DNA of 64,000 nt. Origin: Laetmonice hystrix (lineage: Eukaryota). The position numbers and the translations under genes are program-made. The stretch spans positions 40,610,001-40,674,000 of the forward strand of contig OZ249436.1 in assembly GCA_965235115.1 (NCBI GenBank), read 5' to 3'. A model generated the notes under the pieces. It was given only the letters and a program-made list of their open reading frames with translations. It ran no database searches and was not told the DNA's origin. This document shows positions 53,264-64,000 of this stretch, one piece after another (position 1 is the stretch's first letter; each line of letters begins with the position of its first letter).

Positions 53264-53911
53264 TTCCTGAGATTGTGAATGTCCCCTGTTTACAGCTATG
53301 CCTTATCATTGCGATCAGCACTGGCCCAAACTGTCAATGGAGTGCCATCATGTTGACACTGTACCTCCGGCATTTCCATCAGCCATACGCCTTCCTTCAT
53401 ATTGTATTGACCGACTTTAATACTAATCCCTCAAATATTAGCACAGCCTGACCCTTTTGGGAACATTTACATGCGTCGTTGGTGGACTATAGCTGGTACA
53501 CACATAAACGAAAAAAAGAGGGGGGGGGGGCGGGAGCGGGCGGCGGAGAGACGCACACACCTCCAACAATTTTCAGAATTTTCTTCACATTACATGTGCC
53601 CCCTTAGCCTAGCGTGGATCAAATTCCATCTACGACTTTTTATTTACCCAGTTATCATTGACATACATGTCTTTAGGTAGGCACGGGATAGTGTTACATG
53701 TAGAGAACCATGTCGTACATGGTCCATGTTGAGTGCTGAGTGTGGACTGAGATACGACACATTCATGTCCCCTGGCATCTTCTATCACTGGATACCACAA
53801 GGACAGGACGCCCAATGGTTCACGAAGTTATCATTTCTTTCTCGTCTCCATTTTCTTATAAAAATCGGATATTACAGAGAAGAACAATTCCGGGTATGTT
53901 TCAATGAGGCT

Positions 53912-54480
53912 ATACCCTGTCCGAGTCCTGGTAGTCAGGTTTTTGTTTCAATGGTGAGTACCTGGACTCCATTCCCTGTCCGAATCCTGGTAGTAGGTTT
54001 TTGTTTCAATGGCGAGTACCTGAACCCCATACCCTGTCCGAGTCCTGGTAGTATAAGGTCTTTGTTTCAATGGTGAGTACCTGGACTCCATACCCTGTCC
54101 GAGTCCTGGTAGTCAGGTTTTTGTTTCAATGGCGATCGCAGTACCTGAACCCCATACCCTGTCCGAGTCCTGGTAGTCAGGTTTTTGTTTCAATGGTGAG
54201 TACCTGAACCCCATACCCTGTCCGAGTCCTGGTAGTCAGGTTTTTGTTTCAATGGCGATCGCAGTACCTGAACCCCATACCCTGTCCGAGTCCTGGTAGT
54301 CAGGTTTTTGTTTCAATGGCGATCCCAGTACCTGAACCCCATACCCTGTCCGAGTCCTGGTAGTCAGGTTTTTGTTTCAATGGCGAGTACCTGAACCCCA
54401 TACCCTGTCCGAGTCCTGGTGTAGTCAGGTTTTTGCTTCAATGGCGAGTACCTGAACCCCATACCCTGTCCGAGTTCTGA
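53912..54480. repeat. Tandem minisatellite, 58-64-bp unit, 9 full copies plus a partial copy
   Basis: Unit ataccctgtccgagtcctggtagtcaggtttttgtttcaatggcgagtacctgaacccc. Starts at 53912, 53971, 54029, 54090, 54154, 54213, 54277, 54341, 54400 and 54461. Confidence 0.95.
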
Positions 54481-57400
54481 ACCCGTTGTATTGTAGCGGA
54501 GAACTATCAGTTCCAAGCTGCAGAGATATCTCAATAACGGTCCAACATCTGATGTAATAAATTCTTTTACCAGGTAAATGTATCAGAATCACTACAAATT
54601 ATACTTTAACCTTTCCTAAGTTGGCCTGAATGCAAGAATATACCGGTACATTGAAGGCCCAATACGCTATTAGAATGTAATATCATGACTAACTTGGCTG
54701 CCCCCGGTCTCATCATTATTCATTTTGTATACAGAATAGCACGGGTGCTGCTGATATGAATACACCGGTACATATTTAAGCTTTAGTTAAAATTATTCTT
54801 TCATTATTTTCTATCTAACGATTAAATTATCATTATTAATTTAACCTGCCTTATATATTCTTGGCGCAGGACGTCCTGTCCATATAATATACCTTGCTTA
54901 CCCATAGTAACCATGCAAGTGTAGCCAGCTAATAGCACTGCCATGAGGAAGACCTGGGGCTTCCATGGCAACGTGCCAGCCAATGTTGTTTCTATGCCGT
55001 GCGTCATACGTGACTTGTGAGCATCCGGCTACCAGTATAGATACCTGTTCATCATGACTAACTGTCAAACGTACTCCTTTGTTTTCAAATTGACAAACTA
55101 CAATACCTTGAGGCTTGCTCACTGCAGGTCCTATTCACCAGTACAATTAGTTTTACCTGTCAGGGAACTCTATCAAGCAAATCACATGCCACAGTAGCTT
55201 TTTAATCTTTAGATTAAATAGACACACGCTATACTTGTGTGACTGGTACTGGTAGGAAGGGTAAGCCACTGCAACTGTTAAAAAGAACCATGGATCTTGC
55301 GTGTATTACGGCTCTCAGTTACGCTTGACACGTTTGACACGAACAGAAATGACTTTGCATGGCAGTCATTGCCGTTGTTTTACACAGATATAACAGGTTA
55401 GTTAAACTCGGGTTATACAACAAACAATGCCAGGTCAGACAGGTGCTAGATACCTGAGATGGCCACGTGCATGGACCACCTGACTGGGGGCGACACCTGG
55501 GGCCTGGAATGGACATCTTGAACCTTTGCCAACCGACAACATGCCATAAAGGCATGCGCCACTGGACACACCAGTACCTCGGTGGTGGCAACATTTGTCA
55601 ACAACCAAATCTCAAATATTTCGACGATTTAGGCTCTTTCTGGACCCCCCCCCCCGCCCCTTTTTTCCAAGCTGCGCCTGCATTTACAAAGTCCGTGTAC
55701 GAACTGTATTTGTCACGGATCAATTTCCAACACAGTGATGACATTTACTTTTGTTTGGTATCTTAACTACATCTCGACCCAGAGAAAGGCAGTTTCCTCA
55801 ACCAACGCGTACGCCTACAGAATTGAAGTCTATGGTAAGTGAATAAACGCGAAAATTATGTTACATGCATAGTCATTTAAATATATTAGTTATACCAACT
55901 TCACGGAAGAAATGTAATCTTTTGCATAAATGACAAATCAAAAGTAAAATGATATTGAAATTTAAGGAAATCATCGTTTCCCCAGGAACTTGCAATGGAC
56001 GTTGAATTCCACATGTCTCAGTGTCCTTATCTGACTACATAATTCTCCATTTTCCTCGAGTATTGAATATTCTACTATGATAAATTTGCCTCTTTTCTTC
56101 AGGCGTATTCTGCCAACAGTATATATCTGCATTTTATATGACTGTCCAGAATTGACCAAAAAAAATTATCAAATAAAATTCCAATCAATCTTGCTCCCAA
56201 ACTACACAAGATTCCGGAGGGCATCTTAATTAATGCTGAATAAATATCTATGAAATTGCTCACCTAATTGATAATGAAATTGAAATATTCCATGTCATAT
56301 AGAAAAAACCACTTCTGCATTCTCTAAAAGCAAGAATATCTTCAATCAATGTTTCTCAGACTGAATATGAAAATTTTCTCCTTCTCTGACCCGACGTTCT
56401 CGACTCGCTCTAAGTGTATTTTTCGTCTACATACAAAGGAGTAATGCTTCCAAACAACTGTAATGAATTCATTCATCTTTAAAGGGTTAGCAGAAATTAC
56501 ACAGGCACATGAGGCAGACAAAGGTCATTGCCTCCGGGCTGTCCTAAGTATGACGGCATCTCTCTTGAAATTACCTGGGGAAGGCACGTGCTAAGATAGC
56601 ACTGATACGTACCGCTAACGACTATGTACAATTCAGAGGAACACATAAGACGGGTAGTGTGTGTGTGGGGGGGGGGGGGGGGGAGACAAAAGCGATTTTG
56701 GCACCAGTTTCTTCCAGACATAAGGAAAAATAGGTTGTCGCACATGTAATTAAGCAGGCATCTATCTGACAATGTACCAGTATATGCTCCATGCCAATAC
56801 AGTGGCCAGCAGTCCCCATTCAACAGTGCGGCAGGGTCTTTCAGTTTCTAGGACAGACGGAGACAGAAAGTTCTTGACACAGTTAACCATGGTAAGGCTC
56901 TGGGCTACACACGTCACCTTGTGACTTGGTGACATATGGGTCCCGTACACATATAGTAACTCTACTGGGGATAGACTTATGTTGGCTTGTGTACATCCAG
57001 GGAACTTAGACGGTAATGTTGGCGCTAAAAGGTCTACTAGACATGTACACTAGCGAGAAACATTAAGTATAGACAACAGTAATGAATTTACAGTAATAAT
57101 AATAGTCCTACATATAAGTGGTAAAATACTTTTTGTAATTGTTAACACATTGTGTCAATGTTAACGATAATGTCAATGCGAAATCAAGTTTCTCTACAAT
57201 ATCTTATAAATCAATCGCATGAATCAAACCTCAGATTGCTATAGGTATGACCATGGACGAATCACCTCCGCCTCGTTCTGCGCTAACCCAAGCGATCCCT
57301 TTTTTATTGGCTGACCAAAGAGTCATCAAATCGTTTCAAAAACATTTACAACCCCCACTCTTGCACTTCACGAATGAAGGTTGTTTTATGGGACGCTTTT

Positions 57401-57519
57401 TCCACAAACCTGAGGCAGGTTGGTAAAGAATGGTCTGAGTAAACTCCCACCTATATAACGTGCTAACACAAATGTTCCCAAGTGTACCAATGGAGGAGTT
57501 AGATGAAAACACGACTTAC

Positions 57520-57576
57520 CGAAATCACTTGAGCATACCGCCTGCAGCAGCTCCTCGTCCGTACACGGCCGGCAGT
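57520..57576 (-). CDS. METRN/METRNL: Meteorin-like paralog A, coding exon 3 (57 bp; (D)CRPCTDEELLQAVCSSDF)
   Basis: Reads ttttttttcttccag|ACTGCCGGCCGTGT...GATTTCG|gtaagt, phase 1 at both ends, inside ORF 57386..57610(-). Same length and phase as the 520-576 exon. Confidence 0.92.
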
Positions 57577-60500
57577 CTGGAAGAAAAAAAACCGCAGACA
57601 AATACAGCACTCAGTCTACTATAAAAGAGCAATAGATCTTTGCTGATCCCTGTTTGCTGAAGCTAACCTCAATCCATGAATGACAATTCCCGGCAGACGC
57701 CGACACACGCCATCGTATCATAAGAACCAGATTGTCCAACCCGTCAATTTTTTGTGGAGCTCCTTACAGCTGAGCTACCATGCCTTCAGACTTCATAATA
57801 CCTCTCACACGCAATGGTGAATGGTCTGTCAAACGTCTTGTATCTGACGACCGTGTGGGTAAAACACGGTTTTTACACCATGACAGTTTGAATGCCAGGT
57901 TCCTACCATCAAACGATCAATTTTATACCCGATATGGCGGACGATTGCCTCATGGTGACATTATTAAAGTGGATAAATAGTCAGTTTATTCACGAATACT
58001 TTCTGCTATTCAGGTGCCAATTTGGGTGGAATCAAGTTGTAGGACATCAGCCCATTAGGCACAGCCATACAGTACTTTACACTGGTATCAAGCCCCAGAT
58101 ATAACCTTGAAGTCACCGGTTGGCTGCCGGCTTCATTCACTTCGCCTACAAACGTCTTTTTCTTGCGGTGCCGATTGAATGTTTTTGGGGTCCCTCTTTC
58201 TCTGTGTCAAAGGTGCTGCTGTTTTGTGAGCCTTGGGCGCCCAGTGCATCCAGTATGACTAGTGCGAGTTGTGACTCTGTTCAAACCATCTGGGGCAACC
58301 GCCATCGCCAGCACACCATGAACGCTGCCCAGACAACGCCTCAGTTCACTCCCACATGAGCATATATCTGTGCTGGTATGGTTAACTGATGTAATTCACT
58401 TGGCCATGCATCACTTGCTTACAAGGGTCAGACCATGCATTATGATTTCTGAGTGCAACAAATTTCAGTGTTCATTGACCAACCTAATGATGGGTCCCTA
58501 ATATCATACTGGCAAAGACATAATCATAACCTACTAAGTTAACAATTACTGCTGGAAATTGTGCATTACTTAAGGTCAGAAAAGCCTCAAAAGTCGCCCT
58601 CAAAAAATGTCACATTCCCCATTTTATTCCCGCTTTCTACGTCTACCCAGTTATTACACCATACCGCCTTTGTGCATTCAGGAATGAAAGATTGATTCAA
58701 CTTTCTTTAGTCAAATAAACAAGAAACCCCTCTGGCAGATAAATAAGCATGCTATATTTTCAGGTGGCCATATTTACGCGATGACTGCTTGATGCAAGCG
58801 TTTTTAGTCGCAGTATGGGAGAGACGAAGAAGAATGACTTCTTAACGTATCGTCATGAATCTTAGTTAAATTCCAACCCCAGACTGAGCAGCATTATGTA
58901 TGCCCACCGCGGCCTAGTTACTAATGACGACAAGCGCTGCTCAAATATTCCCTTCAAGTGTTGTAGAGGGGCGGTGCAAGCTTTCATCATTTTTGTAGGT
59001 ACACAGCCCCAAGATGACAAAATCCCTCTCTCTGGGCACCCCCCTCCAAATGGCCCCGAGTCTTAAGTTGGAGCGGGAAGACGAGTAGACAGCCCCCCTG
59101 GTGTGTATGTCGCCAAACTTGTACTGGGTCCCCAGGGCCAAGCTTCCACATTCATGACTAAATTATGAGCAAGTTCATGCATAACTTTAAATAAACACTT
59201 CTGATGCAAGTCAGAAATCGGGGGGGAGAGGATTGACATAATGGCACTTTGATGACCTATCTCAATCTCTACTCCATCTGACTGCCTTACCTAAATAACA
59301 CCTTCCCTCACTGACCTATATAAACGTTTCTGAACTACTTGTGATTAAAATATGCGGTATCCGCTGCATTACATCAAATGCGGGTGCATCAAATCCTTGG
59401 CATAAACTTCTTGTCTTCTGATATGATGAGGTAAGAACAGATGAAGTCAGATTTGGGGGCGCTCCAAAAACTAACCCCCAGCCGAAACAGCGCTTCCATT
59501 GAAACCAGCTCTTGTGAGACACCCAACGACAACCTTACCGGAGTGGGGACGCTCGGCTGGTGACTCGAGCTCAAGTCAAGCCCCCCTCCACCACTAAACC
59601 ATGTTAGACCCTGCTGTGGTGGCGGTTGTCAAACAAAGTTGCCATGGTGCCATTCAATAGCCCAAACCGCAATACTTGATCAGGGGTACCGTTTCGGTAG
59701 GGGTGTGTTCATGGGGTTGAATGACGCTAAAGGTGTGGTGTTTGGATCCCGGGCTAGACTCCCCACAGCGCTGGGCACTCTTAGACCTGCCCAGGCCGGC
59801 CCTGTCTGATCAACCCCCCTCACCTCCTGCCGAGGGTCAGCTCTGTCCGCCTCCTATATCTTCATCTTCCCAGTCAGGTGTTCCCATCCCAGGTGAAGTG
59901 TTCTCTATACGCTGAGATTTACGAGTGAAGACCCAAGTCCACGGGTGGTCAGCCAATCTTGAGTAAATACTACTTTAAGGTTTCAAATTCTGAATGGATA
60001 CGGATATTTCCTAATTTCAGATACTTTAAATTCACCGCATCGTTTCAATACTAAAGAGGATAGAGAATGTTAGCAAGAAAACATTCAGCAAAAAGGTAAT
60101 TTAAAAGGACAGAAACCTTTCATCATGACAAATGATACATGAAAGCAAAGAACGTTAGATACGGTTTGGCTGGTGGCTGACTGGCCTAGATGACGTCCAA
60201 CACCTTCTTACTCTTCTTTCAGCTGGAAACGTCTGGAGCTGAATGACAAATGCTCGAAACATTGCATACTTTCAACAATGAATGGGATCCCAATCCACAG
60301 GCTTAATGTTTCGGTAACTGTAGCTTTATAACAAGAACTGCGTTGCCACCTGTAGCAGCTAGTGTAGTTGTGTCTCCTATTTTAACTTAGCTTTGATATG
60401 AGATCGAGACCTCCTACTGACTATAGAAACGTACGTTTCCATCAATGGCGTGAGGAATGATGAAAAAAACGCGAAGTCACTTAGAAGAAATCCTTAAAAT

Positions 60501-61059
60501 AGCATTAAATGTGACCATCCATCAGGCTGATATACCTCACTGATTTCTCTTCTGACGTAAGTTATGATGTCGGTCCACATATTTATGCAAGAATTTTCCG
60601 AATAAAATGGCCCACTGGGAGGGACCAGACTCGACATCGCCTTTATTTCCATCTCTCAACTATATGACGCATTTGAGTCAGGGAGATTCAATTCTATTTT
60701 ACTCTCTTTCTGCATTATACAAATATTAACATTATACAAATATTAACATAACGTCTCATAATTTGAATAACATTGATAATTTGAAAGTCAGAAACTTTAC
60801 ATTTGTAAAGTTTTAATTTAGAATGAGTAGGGTGATTTGAATTACATGAACAAAAAACTTAAAGAAGGTCCCTAAGGCTGAAATTCATGCATTTTGTTCC
60901 TAACTCTCCTTGTTACCTTAGAGCAGGAAGAAAATATACATGTTGTTTATCAGAACAATGCGACTGGTGTACGACTAAACACACCTGAAGTACATAAAAC
61001 ACTCTTCTCAAAATGCGCAAAACGACCAGCTGCGAGGTGCAGTAAGAAGGAAAATTATT

Positions 61060-61243
61060 GGGGGGGGCAGAATTTCCTACGAGTGACGTCACAATGACTT
61101 AGGCCGACGGCTCTCGATGGAGCCTGCATGTGGTTATTTCCTTGTGGAGGGTGTGGGTTCGTCCAAAGTCCTAATTAGGAGGTTTTGTGAGAGGGAGGAA
61201 GTCTAAATTTGCGGGGATGACATTTCTGCCCCCCCCCCCCCCC
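61060..61243. repeat. Short inverted pair (poly-G-cagaa ... ttctg-poly-C), possible MITE core
   Basis: gggggggcagaa at 61061 and ttctgcccccc at about 61224. Outer ends and TSD are not evident. Confidence 0.3.
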
Positions 61244-64000
61244 ACAGTAGTAGGCTATGGGCTGCCCTCAGTTTCCTTCGCCACTCTGGCGCGACCTTAA
61301 AACAGTAGAATGACGAATGCTAAGAATAGATTCCTTGCATATGCATAACTGCGACTGACCTGCATGTAATGTTGCTCGATTTGAAGCAAGACACATTTAT
61401 ATATGACAAAATGTGACGCAGAAACCGTCATTGGATGCTCCTAACACATGTCACTTAGTCTTATCTTGGCTCATTGGATTGTCAGACACATTGAATATCT
61501 TCAAAAAACACAGTATTCTGACAATCTGTTTGTCAGTACCGGCGGTACCTGTGCACAGTATGTGTGACTTATATTATAAGGTGACAGTGTTATGCTAATT
61601 GCTAAATGAGCAGAATGTTTTATTTATGTCTTTACTTCACAAAGATGTCATGTGATCCCTTGCCAAAAATGTGTGTCACTGTGTACTCTAAGTATGCCCA
61701 ATGGATTAATCATTTTTCCATAATTTTCCATGCCGGTAAATATACTGGAGTGCGTTTCCCAACCTACTGTTAACTTGTCGTATCGATACATCAATGTATT
61801 TTCAATGGAGAATTTAACGCACAAGATTTGATTTTAAAACACAACACCTGACCCCCTGAATTATATGGAGACACTTAAGACTAGTTTTAAAAGTAATATT
61901 TTGAAAGCTAAATGGGGACACTATCTATTTTTAAGTTCATCGATCTTTATTGCCCAGTTACTGAATACGCACGTCCATTTTTCAGTAATCTCCTATCAAT
62001 TTTACTCAATCACTATTATTTTCATGAGAAGAATGCAAGGATGAAAAGACAAAACCAATGTCTGAATTCGAGACTAGTCAGGTATCATTTTAATGCCTTG
62101 GTGCCCAAGAGCACACTGATCTAAAGTACTATAAAAAGACGGAGAAAAAAAAAGTGTGGTTTCTGTCTATAAAAAATGACTGTTTCCTTATAGATTTTAA
62201 AATTTAAATTTGGTAAATTTTTTAATTTTTGGAGACATGATGGATACTTGTCGCACGGAAATGCGTTGTTCTCCCTTAGCATTGAATTTCAGCTACACAA
62301 CCAGAAGTAAACATGAAATACAAGATTACCCACACGTCTGACATGACTCTTCACAACTCCCTCACAAGAAGCAGTCATACTGAAAAATAGTGACCTCATT
62401 TTTAACACAGCCGCACCTGCTAAAAACCCAACCAAGTTATATCACATACCAGCATTCGCACCTGACTATCAATAAATATTAGAAAAAAGAATTATACGAA
62501 CGGAAGTGGATCTTTTTTCAGTGTGATTACTCTCCAATTTTCCTGAAGATTTCAAACCCCTGCGGTACATACATCTTTGCATTTCCTGCTGTATTCAAAA
62601 ACTGCGAGAAGAAAAACTATACAGAAGAGTGTGTTTCATGATGTGAATGATAAATGTTTAAATTACTTTGCCTGACTGCCACGACGGGAGGTTTCGTCTC
62701 TCTGCGCACATGGTCCGTGTCGACCGAACGTGTTCTGAGAAGACACGGCTCACAAATCTTCTTTTCCCCGCCTTTTCTTTTTTTCCTTAAAGTATCCTTC
62801 TGTTAAACAGTCTTCTTGTGATTTCATCGCCATCCTATCAGCAAAAGAAACCCGCCACATTTCGGTGTAAGATTCGACTACTGTTGGGTACTAAACCTAA
62901 TTTGTTGCAGGTCCCGCAATGGGGCATTATTTTTTTAGATTGGCAAGACATCTGGGCGAAGCTGATAACGTTGAGTCACAATTCAAGTTAACGTGACGAA
63001 AGGTTAAAAGTATAGCGATGATTTCTCTCTAATAGAACGAGAGGAAAAAAAGGTGAATTTTACCAAGCTTATAAATCACATTTCTACGGATTTTTCTCCA
63101 TGGGGGAAATTCCACCTTAATGTTTGGGGTAGCCTTATCTGATTCAGGATATTCATGAGAATGTTCTAGCCAGTGATTCTCGTTGTTTAAGTGTGACTTC
63201 AATAACACAGCGGCGACTTCAAAAAGACTCCAGTGACCATACCGTGCATAGATCTTCGTCTTTGTGGGTCTGCCTTTCTTGTTCCTTTTATGTGGTATTA
63301 CTTTCACGTACAGCGCATGCGTGGGTATTCACATCACATAGAGCCACCGCTATGTCTGGCTGTAGACAATTTGTCTAATTTAGACTCCTGCCACAGATGA
63401 ATATGGGGCGGTCATTAGATTTCCCTCCTGACATCGTTATTACCATTGAAAAACTACACACATGGCTGCGATTGAATACACCTGTGTACTATGAAGCTCA
63501 TTTGCACCTGTAATTTGGGGTTTAAACACGGATCCTCTCCTCACCGGCATGATTTCGATGTTTTCGAAATTGACGTTTAACTCCTGCCCCGAAGATGTAC
63601 GTAAAAGTGGGTGTTTTACACAATGCCGTCATAAATTCACTGCCCTTCGCCGAGTATAACATCGGGTAGTAGGTGTAATAACAGGGTATGCTGTACCTGG
63701 GGTACCAGAAGGCACACGCCCCCTACCTTTCATGAATATTTACTTTGTGTGAAACGTGTAATAAGATAACATATCATTCGTGATCGTCCTTTGGTGTCAT
63801 TGGCTTCAAGTTGTCTCTGCCACCACAACGCGTGACCACTCACCTCCCAAAAAAAACCCACCCAACTCTCCCCCGACTGTAGAAAATCGAGCCGCGACGC
63901 CATTGTGCACTTCACTCTTCAGATCCTGAGATGAACACACATGGAAAGTATCTGTCTTTATTTATCCATTGACACAACATTCATCATGTATGATGAGCAC

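Noticed and set aside
5012-54480. CRISPR-like appearance of the 88-, 98- and 59-bp arrays
   Set aside because: The units are repeated end to end with no unique spacers, there are no cas genes, and the context is eukaryotic introns.
44145-54480. Splice-site-like motifs in the repeat units on the sense strand (cacg|gtgagc, ttcag|gtact) as recursive splice sites
   Set aside because: They lack polypyrimidine tracts or strong donor consensus. Saw-tooth nascent RNA coverage would be needed to support this.
520-57576. The two 57-bp exons are offset by exactly 57,000 bp
   Set aside because: The exons are only 70% identical and their flanks are unrelated, so this is not a duplicated assembly block. 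I treat the round number as coincidence.
1688-57576. One gene with scrambled exon order (exon 3, exon 4, exon 2) or trans-splicing
   Set aside because: A second exon 3 at 520-576 and a signal-peptide exon at 9186-9397 give an ordinary colinear second gene, so no scrambling is needed.

Overview
Eukaryotic (invertebrate metazoan) genomic DNA. It is intron-rich, shows little CpG depletion and carries many MITE-like repeats. An echinoderm-like source is only my guess from the TAGGCCTA/poly-G style. The window holds parts of two tandem, same-orientation (minus strand) meteorin-family (METRN/METRNL-like, CUB + NTR) genes. Paralog A contributes its 57-bp third exon (57576-57520) and its last coding exon (36546-36167); its first two exons lie beyond the right edge. 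Paralog B contributes a signal-peptide exon (9397-9186), a 401-bp CUB-domain exon (2088-1688) and its own 57-bp exon (576-520); its last exon lies beyond the left edge. All splice phases join in frame. The ~27-kb intergenic region contains a tRNA-Leu(AAG) gene and candidate regulatory modules. The introns contain three minisatellite arrays (88-, 98- and ~59-bp units), a ~60-bp near-perfect hairpin and several small terminal-inverted-repeat elements. Most ORFs in the supplied track are spurious. No CRISPR array or prokaryotic feature is present.
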